Source: Octopus vulgaris (lineage: Eukaryota). Taken from it: a stretch of 64,000 nt of DNA. The translations under genes were made by a program, and so were the position numbers. The DNA lies in contig OX597820.1 of assembly GCA_951406725.2 (NCBI GenBank), positions 49,848,001-49,912,000 of the forward strand, given 5' to 3'. The notes under the pieces are model-generated. The model made no database searches. It saw only the letters and a program-made list of their open reading frames with translations, and was not told where the DNA came from. Shown here in pieces: positions 1 through 13,100 of the stretch (its first letter is position 1; the number at the start of each line of letters is the position of its first letter).

Positions 1-328
1 TAAAAACACACGCACTATATATTTGGTGTTATTTTGCTTCATTGCTATTTATTTTTTACATTAATCTTAATCTTATTTCGGCCAGATTTCTTTCGTCACA
101 CTCCTGTGACCGCATCAGTGGTCCTTTGTTTTCTTCTTTCTTATTTGTGTCTCTCCTTACTAACCGTAGTAAGGAGAGACACAAATAAGAAAGAAGAAAA
201 CAAAGGACCACTGATGCGGTCACAGGAGTGTGACGAAAGAAATCTGGCCGAAATAAGATTAAGATTAATGTAAAAAATAAATAACAATGAAGCAAAATAA
301 CACCAAATATATAGTGCGTGTGTTTTTA
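1..328. repeat. Near-perfect palindrome (162-bp arms, 4-nt loop ACCG), left arm cut by the window edge
   Basis: 1-162 is the reverse complement of 167-328 with one mismatch (45/284). This explains the mirror ORFs 34..273+ and 56..295-. Confidence 0.95.
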
Positions 329-363
329 TTGGCTAAACTGGCAAAATGACCATTCCGAAATAT

Positions 364-434
<71 letters not shown>

Positions 435-1486
435 TAAATATATATATATAAATATAAGTGTATGTGTGTATTTGTGTGTATATGTATGTGTATATAGCAA
501 CTGCTTGTGTCGTTCTTCATCGTCTTGTCCTTTTTCTATCGTAGCTCTTCGCTTATTTATGTTTCCGCCACCGTCCTTACGCTCGCTCACTTAACCTAGT
601 ATCTTTTTTGCAGTTTGTTGACGCCACCAAAATGTACTATCTTAGCGACGGAGGGTCGATATTCTGATGATTTGGAGCCGACAGCTGATGTGATTAACAT
701 GGTCGTGTCTTGTGTAATTTTCTTTCTATTCCATTGTCGTTCTTCTCTGCAGTTTTTTTTTACTCTGCATATACACCTCGGTTGTCTTACGAATCCGAGA
801 AAGATGACTCCAGCCATGATTTCTTTACAGTGATCGAAAGTTTGTGCAGTCCATGAGCTCACTCACTCCATCAAATTAAAACATTGCCTATACAGGTCAA
901 CGTTCTGTCGCAATTTAGTTCTCGAAGTATTTACAGAGCAATTTGATATGAAGAGTTTTGCTCAAGAACACAACGCACCGCCGGGTCCAGAGAGCGAATA
1001 GTGGGAGAAAAACATACAGAATGCAATATTGAAATGATTATCTTACCAACATCATTAGCTAATGAAGTTCATAAGATAATTATTTATTCTATCTACATCA
1101 GTTTTTGTTTCTTATTACTGCTCTGTACTTCAATAACGCCTCGTTCAGAACCCTACGTATATTCAGTTCTACACTAAGTTATTAGTTTCGCAATACCTAA
1201 GTGAAATATCTATCTATCTTTCTACCTACTTACCTACCTATCTATCTTTTTCTTTTTTTCTTTTTTTTTGTTCTTTTTCCCCTTTTACGATCCCTTTTGA
1301 TCGAAAACCTACGTAACCTTTTTTTTTCTCCCCCAAAAGAAAAGCTCTACCTTGTAACTTGTCCCATCTGTGTGCAGCCCTGTGTGGCCAATAAAGAAAC
1401 TTATCTATCTATCTATCTATCTATCCATCCATCCATCAATCCATCCCTCCCTCCATCCATCCATCCATCCATCCATCCATCCATCC

Positions 1487-1567
<81 letters not shown>

Positions 1568-2100
1568 AGTGTGAGTGATAAAGTAGAAACGTACATAAAT
1601 GCAAACATACACCAATAAATACATGCATACATACATACATACATACATACATACATACATACATACATACATACATACACACATACATACATAACATAAC
1701 ATAACATAACAATATACATAACATATATACATACATACATGCATACATACATAAAAACTATGGTCGAAATAAAAAAAGAAATGAAAGCTATAACAAAAAC
1801 GCCGTATTCATATACCACCAAGATAACGTGAAGTCTTTCGAGTTTTCAGAATTTCGTATATATAAGGCTACAACTACTGAAAACTCACACGTAACAAATA
1901 ATACATTTAATATCTCTTTCTTGCCAAAATCGTATTACTGACCAGCAAAACTGTCAGCTTTATTCGACTGTTTCCTTACATCTATCACAGCGAACAGGAG
2001 GTGCAAACACGCACATCATTAAAACATTGGGTATACGTCTGCATTCGTAATATGGCGGATAGTATCTCAACATATGCATGTATATGTCGATATATGCATG

Positions 2101-2134
<34 letters not shown>

Positions 2135-2215
2135 GGCTCAAGAACACGCATAGAAGCTTACACATATCTGTCTATCTGTCAGTCTGGCTGTCCGTCTGTC
2201 AGTCTGTCTGTTTGC

Positions 2216-2246
<31 letters not shown>

Positions 2247-2351
2247 AATGTCTACTTCTAACGGTCTGTGCATACATTTATACTTATATTTAGATATACA
2301 TACGTACACATACTCTCACATACACAGACACACACATACATACATACATTT

Positions 2352-2445
<94 letters not shown>

Positions 2446-2710
2446 GTAATACAGACGTAAAACGTCGGTGTGGGAGCTTGTGCATTTTGTGTACATTTGC
2501 TCATTTGTTCGTGTATTTGCATGTTCTTTTACCTATTTTGAAGGTATACATTGAAATATACACACCATACATCCATACATACACCGATGTTTATATATTT
2601 ATATATATATATATGTGTATATATATATACGTAGTAGAATGATACATAAAAAGTTCTTGCGCCAGCCGCTAAGGCTTTTTTTTAATTCTCTGTTTATTTT
2701 CTCGTGTTCC

Positions 2711-2745
2711 TTTCTGTTGAAGGGCGTAGGCTCGAAACGTTAAAC
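2711..2745 (+). ncRNA. Degenerate minimal hammerhead-like motif in a short Penelope-type repeat (about 2660-2830)
   Basis: ttt CTGTTGA a GGGC gtag GCTC GAAAC GTT aaa. The core is a variant (A6->U). Same family as 37391 and related to 10532. Confidence 0.5.
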
Positions 2746-2909
2746 ACTTATTCACCCTCCCGATCATTAAACTAATACAGCTGTTTGTTGTTTATACACC
2801 TGCCTTCGTCGTTTGTTTTTTTGTAAATTGCAAGTACACACACATATATATTTATTTATATATAATATATATGAACTCCAACAATTATATATACATGCAC
2901 AAGTACATT

Positions 2910-3848
<939 letters not shown>

Positions 3849-4013
3849 AGGGACTAAAGCCATCTGAATATGGCTAGGGACAGGGCAGGGTGGTGGGGGT
3901 GTTACTGTTGCATTTAGCCCCAGGCGAACATCAACGTCGCCAGATAGGCTTGACACCATCACGGCGTCCTTTATCCTGCAAAGGGAGATAATTCCCCGAT
4001 GAAGCAGAAACCA

Positions 4014-4059
4014 CACACGGACCTAGGTTTCAAGGTGTATTGCCTATCATCAACGTGTG
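4014..4059 (-). ncRNA. Type I hammerhead ribozyme motif, copy 1
   Basis: Minus strand: CACACG UUGAUGA UAGG caauaca CCUU GAAA CCUAGG UC^CGUGUG. It has a 6-bp stem I, palindromic stem III ACCUAGGU, a GUC site and a C3->U variant. Confidence 0.75.
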
Positions 4060-4374
4060 GTAGGCCCCCGCTTCCTCGACGAAATCTCACTCTGCAGGAT
4101 ATTTATATATAGATTTTCAAGCAAAATACATTTGCTGATTTCGAAAATCTGTTCGACAGCAATAATAATTCTCTAAATGAGATATAGACAGTAACTGCTC
4201 CATAACATAAGGGACTAAAGCCATCTGAATATGGCTAGGGACAGGGCAGGGTGGTGGGGGTGTTACTGTTGCATTTAGCCCCAGGCGAACATCAACGTCG
4301 CCAGATAGGCTTGACACCATCACGGCGTCCTTTATCCTGCAAAGGGAGATAATTCCCCGATGAAGCGGAAACCA

Positions 4375-4420
4375 CACACGGACCTAGGTTTCAAGGTGTA
4401 TTGCCTATCATCAACGTGTG
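4375..4420 (-). ncRNA. Type I hammerhead ribozyme motif, copy 2
   Basis: Identical to the motif at 4014-4059. Confidence 0.75.
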
Positions 4421-4429
4421 ATTGACTGA

Positions 4430-4439
4430 TTGATAGATG

Positions 4440-4505
<66 letters not shown>

Positions 4506-4507
4506 TT

Positions 4508-4542
<35 letters not shown>

Positions 4543-4543
4543 T

Positions 4544-4576
<33 letters not shown>

Positions 4577-4577
4577 G

Positions 4578-4651
<74 letters not shown>

Positions 4652-4652
4652 T
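4430..4652. repeat. (GATA)n/(GACA)n microsatellite
   Basis: Direct reading of the sequence. Confidence 0.95.
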
Positions 4653-6419
4653 AGGTGCTCGCGCGCGTGTGTGCATGCTTGTGCGTGCTTGTGCGTGTGT
4701 TTGAGTATTTGCATGTGTACAGCATACAGAGAATCGTTTCAGCGTGTGCCCAGTAAGGAAATAGGTCGAAATCAGTCTTGATAAAATCGTTTAAACACCA
4801 ACCTGAAAAAGACAAAGATTGACTAGTCTATTTAGAATTAGACATTAATTTGGTCAATTTGTACTCTTGGAACTGTTCCATGGCATTACTTCTAGCAGAG
4901 ATTATAGAGAACCTGCATATGGCTTTGAAATGAATGGTTCATAGTGGTGATAGTCGATGTGTGACAAGAATTTATTGGAATTTTATTGTTATATTGCTTC
5001 ATTTTTTTTAAAATGTTTCTTATCGTCTGCCAAATGAACAACTTTTTGGCTTGTGTTTCGTTACTGTTGTAATTGTTGCTGTTGATGGATAGACTATGTT
5101 GTAGTTTCCACATCATTCTATGCTCTGATGTATTGTATGCGCAGGTATTTATCACATATATGTACGTAAGTATGTATGCATGTACGCATGTATATATGTA
5201 TGTATACACGCATGTATGTGTGTATGTGTGTGTGCGTGTGTGTGTGTGTATGTGTGTGTGTACATGTAGGTTTGTAGGTTGGCATGTATATCCGACGTCA
5301 ATGGCGGATATCTATGTTTTGTTATCCTTTTACCCCACCGGCCCCGTATACTCCACTCACCTCGAAACGAACCATTCTCATTCACTTTGAGAGCACGGTG
5401 TCGCTCCTTGTCTGTGCTATTAAGTGTATTGTCACACTCGACGTTCTGAAGAGACGTTTCCTAGTGTGCCATCCTGTGGGTAACGGACTTATTAAACAAA
5501 ACACATAGACTTTGCATGTGCTATCGATAATATGTGTCAGCGCTGGAGTTACCATTAAGCAAAATAAGTTTGTGCTTAGAGTATCAAGGAAAGAAAGGTG
5601 CAATACAGAAATGGTAAATGGTTTACGGTACAAAAGAAATCACTTTAAACTTGCTAAAATAATATTCTGGATGTCTTTATCCCATTAAGTATAGATGCAG
5701 ATATGTTATCTAAAATTAATGTTGAGGATCTGATAAAAAAACTTTGCAATTAAAAAAAGTAGGAAGAAACTTTTTCGAATATAAATAAAGTGGAAGTATA
5801 CAATAATTTACATTTATTTTCCCTCTTACTGTTTTTGTCTCGTTTTGAAAAATAGAGATTCATTTTATGATTTGTTATTGTTTATATTTTGAATTACATA
5901 ATCTTTTACGGGGGCATCAAAATCTTTTAAATGCTTAGGGCCTCGATGGGTCTTGATCCGGCCCTGATATATATTACATACGTGCACATTAAGTATATTA
6001 CATATAATCGTTCTCCTAAAAGGGCCTCAACAAAATGAACACTCTCAAAAGTGCAACACTAGAGAGAAATTTATGTAGAGATACTTTAATCTCCCGTTTG
6101 TTGATTGATTTTCAAATTGTTTGAAACCGGATAAATATTTCTCATTCACAAAGTAGTCGCTGAAGCATTACAAACTTGCATAAGCCAACTATGCACACAA
6201 ACAAGTTATTTTTACTTAGTCTTTGGTAACCATCCTCGCCCGAGACATAAGAGCTCGGTTGTGAATGTCTCACGTAAAATTATGAAACAGTACACTGTAA
6301 TCTCAGCTTGTAGCATTCTTAGACAAACACAGCACACTGACATTTCACCTCTTTGACGACATGATTTTGTACAAAGCAAACAAACATATTGCATTAGGTA
6401 GTGGGTAGCGATTTTCTTC

Positions 6420-6790
6420 ATTACTTCAGGGAGTGACTACCCTGCCTGACATGAGTCCCGGGCTCAGCTGGCTCCTGCTGACAGTACTCGGTATTGGCCC
6501 CTGTCAAGACTACGAAAAGGGACAACCTTCAAAGAAATCGAGAGTGGAGCCCCGTAGGTGGTTTAGTGTTCAACTCGACACTCTTCTGGCAGATCCTGCA
6601 ACCAAGCTGGTGCCAAACGTAATGCTCTGCACTCCTTTGGACTACGTTAGCAAGGTTGAGAGAGGAATCCTGATGATTGGGCTACCCAGGATTTTCTTAC
6701 ATCTAGCCCAGACCTGCGCAAAACTGGAGAGGAAACTGGAGAGGACATGAAATGAAAAAAACAGACTGGATTAGTTTATGCGCAACTCCG
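6420..6790 (-). mobile_element. Probable 5' region of an RTE-type LINE or a derived SINE
   Basis: GC-richer island resembling RTE 5' UTRs as I recall them. No protein motif supports the call. Confidence 0.35.
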
Positions 6791-6805
6791 TTGTCTCCCG
6801 AGACA

Positions 6806-7002
6806 ATGTGCATTTATGTGTGTCCGCGTGCGTTTGTGTGTGCATGTGTGTGTCTGTAGATGAAAGCCTCGTTGACATGCAATTGTTGGTATCCTTTTGT
6901 CTCCGAGACAAAAGGATACCAACAATTGCATGTCAACGAGGCTTTCATCTACAGACACACACATGCACACACAAACGCACGCGGACACACATAAATGCAC
7001 AT
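6806..7002. repeat. Perfect palindrome (98-bp arms, 1-nt centre)
   Basis: 6806-6903 is the reverse complement of 6905-7002. This explains the mirror ORFs 6776..7012- and 6778..7098+. Confidence 0.95.
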
Positions 7003-7369
7003 ACACACTCACTCTTGATTGACGATATATGTAGCGCGAATGCTGTCGTTATATACCACTTAGTAGGTAAGACACTGTGCGGGTCTTGCCACGTTTGAAC
7101 ATTATGTACCATGTTCTGTACACTAAAGAGCTTCTACCAAACCTTCGCTTAGATATCCGTTGTCCATGCAGCATTATATGTTACTTTTTTGTGGAAAATG
7201 AATGAGCCCAAACGCAAAATATTTTGCTGCCTCTGAGTATTATCGATTCCAATTTTTGATTGGTAAAGTTTATAGATTCTGAGCGTAAAGAAAAATAATT
7301 CGACGCACCGTATAAAAGTGCAAGGACTCTCTCTCACACACACACAAACGATATATAGGCTTGTGCACT

Positions 7370-7431
<62 letters not shown>

Positions 7432-7710
7432 CATACATTCATAAATGCACGTATGAGGGGAGTATGTTTATATGCATTTATGAGCACGCATATTTATATA
7501 TATGTATGTAATAATGTGTGTGCGAATGTTTATTCTCCAGACATGATCTCAAGATTCTAAAGGACACATCTGCATAAATATTTAGGTCTGTGCGTTTCCG
7601 TTGCCAGCAGAAGAAAGACTCGAAAGAGAAAGGAAGGTATATACGTAAGACCAATACCGGAAAATGTCGACAGCCACATACGAGATTTGTACATCATGTG
7701 TGTGAGTGCA

Positions 7711-7774
<64 letters not shown>

Positions 7775-8021
7775 TGTGAGCGCACATATATATGTGTGTG
7801 TGTGTGAGCGCATATATATGTGTGTGTGTGTATGTGAGCGTATTTACATATATATGTGTGTGTGTATGCATAAGTAAATTTATGTATGTGTGTCATACGC
7901 ATTTATAGATATGTGTATATACGCTTATATGCATATATATATATATACATATGTATTTATATATATATGGATGTATATATATATATACATGCATACATAT
8001 TTATATATATATATATACATG

Positions 8022-8070
<49 letters not shown>

Positions 8071-9029
8071 TGTGTGTATATATGTATACGTATATGTACA
8101 CACATATTTATATATATATGCATACATATATATATATACATATATACATATATATATATGTATATGCATACATATATATATATATATACATATACACAGA
8201 AACGTTCACGCACGCGCACACACTCACATACACACACACATGCACACACACATATAAACATATGTAGTGTGGAAACAAAATGACATGTCGAATGAAAAGG
8301 ATATGACGTTTGAAATGAAAATCGACTAACGATTTAATTTCCCTTGTATTCAAAACTGGTCACTTAACTTTAAAAAAAAAACACACACCCACACACAAAA
8401 AAAAAAAACAATTATATACCATTGTGCGTTTGAGACTGAATCTGAAAGTCTTCCTGTCATTTTATTCTTATATTCTATTGATAGAAGCCAAATTTTGACG
8501 TACGCATTATGCTTTACCATTCAGTTACCAACTACCTAGACGCCAGTGTCAGTTGAAACGATTTAAAGAAAATAGAACGGAGATTGTGCTGCAGAACACC
8601 TGTATGTATATCTCTTTGTATATATGTATGTATATACGCATATATGTATGTGTATATATATTATGAATATATGTATCTAACACACACACACACGCATACA
8701 GACTCATGTGTAAATGCATGTATACATGTGCGTGTCTATGATACATGTACATACGTGTATGTATACTTTTATGTCAGGTGTGTAAGTCTATGTGCGCGTG
8801 CGTGTGTGTAAGCATATATATGTGCATAAATAAGTAGGTACGTGCCGTGAGTAAATACTCAGGGTATATAGTAGCTGTCAATTAAGTAAATCTGCTCGTT
8901 AATGTTTTGTGTATGAGACAAAGTGTAAAAACATTTTGACTAAAACTGCAAAAATATTTGACTGTAAAAATAGAAATATTTTCCAGTAAAATTTTTTTTT
9001 ACATATATAAGAAAAACTTAAAATTTTTC

Positions 9030-9890
9030 CAAAGAAACGGCCTCAGGAAGCTACAAGATTAGACCCCTCTTCCAAAAGGACGGCTCTCTTACAGGAAACA
9101 GATAAGGATAGGGGGAATATTGAACGAACAGTTCGAAACGTTTTCATTACCCCTTTAGAACACATGCAAGTGAATAAGCCAGAGGAATTCTTTGTCACTA
9201 TACCTCTAACAAAGGAGGCGGTAATAGCTGATTACATCGACATCAAATAAGATATAATACTGGCCATAGATTAGGTATGCGGAAACTCAACTACAGGCTT
9301 TAATGGCTTGCCAGTAATTCTGCTCAAATCAAGCAAAAGAGCCTTTGCTAAACCACTACAGCTTCTCCTTCAGAGCTCCCTTACGAGTGATAAGCTCCCA
9401 GGGAAACTGAAGGAAGGAATAATATGCCCTATTTATAAAGGGGTAAGTAGAACAGGTAAGATTTACAGGTCTATCTCACTGACCTCACACATCAGCAAAG
9501 TCATGGAACGAAGAGAACGAAGGAAACTAATTGTGTTCCTTGGAGAGAATGCTTTCTCAGCTGCTCAGCCACACTTGCTAGAGCTGTGTAGACGATACTA
9601 AAATCTCTCAGAGGATACCGAGCCATGGAGAAATTTTGCATCTGCCACAGGAGTTGAAAAAGTTTAAGACTCTACAGTCTAGAACGAAGGCGAGAAAGAT
9701 ATGCAATGATACTGTACAAATCTGGAAAATCCTGGAAGGACTTGTACCAAACGTTGGCACTGAAAGATACACAAACGGCAGAACGGGGTGACACTGCATA
9801 ATACCAGAGATACCAACACTACCATCATTGAACCAGACCAGTTACTACGACAGCTTGGGTTGTAAGGGCCTACAACTCTTCAGTATTAAT
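9030..9890 (+). pseudogene. Decayed, internally deleted CR1/L2-group LINE RT fragment
   Basis: AFAKPLQLLLQSSL..GIICPIYKG..YRSISLTSHISKVMER is an RT N-terminal motif. The 3' part resembles the 35666-36262 fragment (WKILEGLVPN vs CKILEGLIPS). Confidence 0.8.
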
Positions 9891-10407
9891 TACGTTAAGG
9901 GCAGGCGTGGCTAGGGAGTGGTCAGCCATTCGCATGTTAACTTCATGAGCAGGTTGTTACATTGATCGGATTATTTACACACAAGTCGTCATAACCGGCG
10001 AAGTAACAATAGTAATACACGCAAGTGCCCGGCAACAGGGAGTGCGGGTGGTGTGCTTGCATCCGCCTAAAGTTTTATGGGATGCAAAATCAAAATTTGC
10101 ACCCTATACATACTGTCTGATTTAGAAAATAGTGTCTAAAAATTGATCTATAAAAATGTTGCTTGAAGTTAGATTTCTTCTCGAAACAAAAAATAAATAA
10201 ATAAATAAAGTCTAAAGTGTTAACTTGTGAAGCTAGTCATAAAATCCCCAAGAAAATTCCTGAAAAGCATACTATTGAACTAAGCCATTATCAATATCAA
10301 AATTAAAAGCATATATACATATACATACATGCATGCATACATAAATACATACATACATACATACATACATACATACATACATACATACATACATACATAC
10401 ATACATA

Positions 10408-10447
<40 letters not shown>

Positions 10448-10531
10448 ATGTGTGTGTGTGTGTGACCTCGTGTGTACCGTTGGCGATTTTTTTCCTCTGT
10501 CTTCTTTTCTCGGGATCTTTCCTTCTCCTAT

Positions 10532-10566
10532 GTTTCCGACGAAGAGCTCCGCTCGAAACGTTAAAC
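10532..10566 (+). ncRNA. Minimal hammerhead-like motif in a short repeat (about 10463-10665) between (TG)n and (TA)n
   Basis: GTTT CCGACGA a GAGC tcc GCTC GAAAC GTT^AAAC. Stem I is GUUU/AAAC and stem III is the palindrome ACGU. U4->C variant. Confidence 0.6.
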
Positions 10567-10687
10567 CCTCCTTCTTCCCTTCTTTCCTGAGCGTCCAATA
10601 ATACTATATGTGTTCCACGTCCTCGCGTTAATGTGTTTTTTTGTGTTTTCTTGTTTGGATTAACTATATATATATATATATATATAG

Positions 10688-10788
10688 ATAATTGCCAACC
10701 ATCCGTGAGAGCGATGACCTCCACTCGGAAGCTATAAACATCAGTAGCTCTGTCCTGTATAGGACGCCACACTTGGTTGGCAGTTATA
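10688..10788. mobile_element. About 100-bp MITE-like element with 14-bp imperfect inverted termini in (TA)n
   Basis: ataattgccaacca ... tggttggcagttat, with TA repeats on both sides. Confidence 0.5.
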
Positions 10789-10800
10789 TGTTATATATAT

Positions 10801-10860
<60 letters not shown>

Positions 10861-10863
<3 letters not shown>

Positions 10864-11198
10864 AAATAGGACGAAAACGCAAAACATCCGGACACCTAGG
10901 TGATACAAAAAAGGGACAAAACAACATCCAGATAGACGATACAAAGAAAAAAAGGACGGGCTATTCGAAGTTTTCTTTCCTCAGTCAAGCACCAGATAAT
11001 CCTCGTAATTTCGGCTGATTATTCTTGAGATTGCTCCAATCTGGCCAGCCCCAAGGAAAAACTAAGCTAAGAGCATTAGATTCCTTAGAAGAAAGCAGCG
11101 AATATATACAAAAAGAAGGACGGAAAAAACGGACAATGTTTCACAAATATAAATACAATAAAAATAATATCAGGACATAACAACAGGTGTCTTTCGAC

Positions 11199-11200
<2 letters not shown>
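10861..11200 (-). mobile_element. Short repeat related to the 3011-3809 element
   Basis: Shares tcagtca...tcctc...atttcggctg...tgagat motifs with 3100-3150. Flanked by (TA)n. Confidence 0.45.
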
Positions 11201-11254
<54 letters not shown>

Positions 11255-11284
11255 TCAAAATAAAAACATGATGCCAAGGATTCA

Positions 11285-11362
11285 GCGGTACATATGTTTC
11301 GGGCCTTTATTAGACAGATTTATAACAATGCATAATGTATATCTGTGGCCTTCTTCAGCCGC
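11285..11362 (-). ncRNA. Type I hammerhead ribozyme motif (left arm)
   Basis: Reverse-complement copy of 11713-11790. Confidence 0.75.
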
Positions 11363-11712
11363 GCACAACAACATCCACAAGGACATGTGTTACATCAAAA
11401 ATTCTTGGTTAGGGATGCAAATCCTCTCATTCGCGTACGACATAATGCGGCAACAGCATAGAATTGAAGCGTCCATCTCTTTCTTCTCTCTTGAGAGAAG
11501 AAAGAGATGGACGCTTCAATTCTATGCTGTTGCCGCATTATGTCGTACGCGAATGAGAGGATTTCCATCTCTTTCTTCTCTCAAGAGAGAAGAAAGAGAT
11601 GGACGCTTCAATTCTATGCTGTTGCCGCATTATGTCGTACGCGAATGAGAGGATTTGCATCCCCAACCAAGAATTTTTGATGTAACACATGTCCTTGTGG
11701 AAGTTGTTGTGC

Positions 11713-11790
11713 GCGGCTGAAGAAGGCCACAGACATACATTATGCATTGTTATAAATCTGTCTAATAAAGGCCCGAAACATATGTACCGC
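11713..11790 (+). ncRNA. Type I hammerhead ribozyme motif (right arm)
   Basis: GCGG CUGAAGA a GGCC-ACAGA...UCUGU cuaauaaa GGCC c GAAA C AUAU GUA^CCGC. Canonical core with palindromic stem III ACAUAUGU. Confidence 0.8.
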
Positions 11791-11893
11791 TGAATCCTTG
11801 GCATCATGTTTTTATTTTGATCTATTTACTCCACCACCTACACCACCAAACGGTATACACAGGTGCTTATAATTATCAAGTACTCACCCCGAA

Positions 11894-11949
<56 letters not shown>

Positions 11950-12127
11950 CATATATGCATATATATATATGTATATATATATATATGTATATATGGATAT
12001 ATATATATATATATATATGTGTGTGTATATATATATAGACATAGATATATCTATGTATATATATGTGTTGTGTGTGTGTTTGTGTATGTGTGCGTGTGCA
12101 CGCGCGTGTGTATACGTCTTCTGACAC

Positions 12128-12800
12128 TTGATCAAAATCGCAACAGTCTGATCACATAACGGGATTGTCTGACATTGTTTGAGGCAGATCCAGCTTGTTT
12201 TCTTGAACGATTCCTAATCTAAGATGTGTGTTGGCTTCATCGCTTTGAACCAGGAACAAAGAGAGAATCCATGCAGTGGAAACACTCCACGTGGCCTGCT
12301 CCAAAGCAGGCAAGGTCGTTTCATCTGTAGGGAAGGTGCTGGCCTCAGTTATTTGGAATGCAAAAGGTATTGTGTTTATTGACTATCTACAAAATGATGA
12401 CACCATCAATGGAGAGTTCTATGTCAAATTACTAAAGCAGTTACGAAAGGCCAGCAAGGCCAAACGTCCAGGAAAACTGATGACGGGGGTCTTTTTTCAT
12501 TAGGACAATACTTCAGAAGACAGATTCTTGTGAGTGCCTGGCTTTGAAATGGCTGATCACACTCCCTATTTTAGTGATTTGGTTCTATCTGACTATCATC
12601 TGTTTCCCAACATGAAAATATACTTGATTGGGCACCGATATTGCTGTGATGACGTCTTATCTGCTGTTGATGGCTTTTTTTATCAAAAGTATAGCTTCTT
12701 TACGTATGCGATCCAAGCACTCCAACACTGCAACACTGGTGGAAGTGTGCGGACAGTAAGAGGAATCATGTTAAAAAATGGACTTCATTTGGTCACTTGT
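12128..12800 (+). pseudogene. Mariner transposase remnant
   Basis: KVLASVIWNAKGIVFIDYL..TINGEFY..LLKQLR..KRPGKL..VFFH*DN and HTPYFSDLVLSDYHLF (YSPDLAPSD-like), with stops and frameshifts. Confidence 0.88.
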
Positions 12801-12803
12801 CAT

Positions 12804-13100
12804 GGTGGAGGCACATGGCCTAGTGGTAAGAGCAGCGGCCTCGCAGTCGAGGGATTGTGGGTTCGAATCTCAGACCGGGCGATGGGTGTATGTATGAGCG
12901 AAAAACCTAAGCTCCACGCAGCTCCGGCAGAAGGTAATGGCGAACTTCTGCTGACTCTTTCGCCTCAACCTTCTCTCACTCTTGCATCTTGTAGCTGACA
13001 TGCGATAGACTGGCGTCCCGTCCAGGTGGGGAACCTATATGCCAAGGAAACCGGGGAAACCGTCCCTAATGAGCCAGGCGTGGCTCGAGCAGGAACAAAC
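12804..13100 (+). mobile_element. tRNA-derived SINE (family A)
   Basis: A box tggcctagtggt and B box ggttcgaatc. A homologous copy lies at 35023-35322 (-). Confidence 0.85.

Larger units (their letters stand above)
3844..4420 (-). mobile_element. Retrozyme-like element: two 216-bp direct repeats (period 361), each with a hammerhead ribozyme motif
   Basis: 3844-4059 matches 4205-4420 with 1 mismatch seen. There is no credible ORF. It is flanked by (TA)n and (GATA)n. Confidence 0.75.
11250..11825. repeat. Fold-back element with long inverted arms and a duplicated central hairpin
   Basis: 11250-11490 pairs with 11585-11825 with few mismatches. Hairpin centres are at 11491-92 and 11583-84. Confidence 0.93.

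Noticed and set aside
34-295. Near-identical ORFs on both strands (also 6776-7098 and 11187-11807)
   Set aside because: A by-product of DNA palindromes, with no protein motif.
5430-5475. ctgaagagacgtttc hammerhead-like words
   Set aside because: The CTGAAGA and GAAACGTC parts are on opposite strands, so no valid fold exists.
12804-12880. Possible tRNA gene
   Set aside because: The tRNA-like head continues into a SINE body that is repeated elsewhere in the window.
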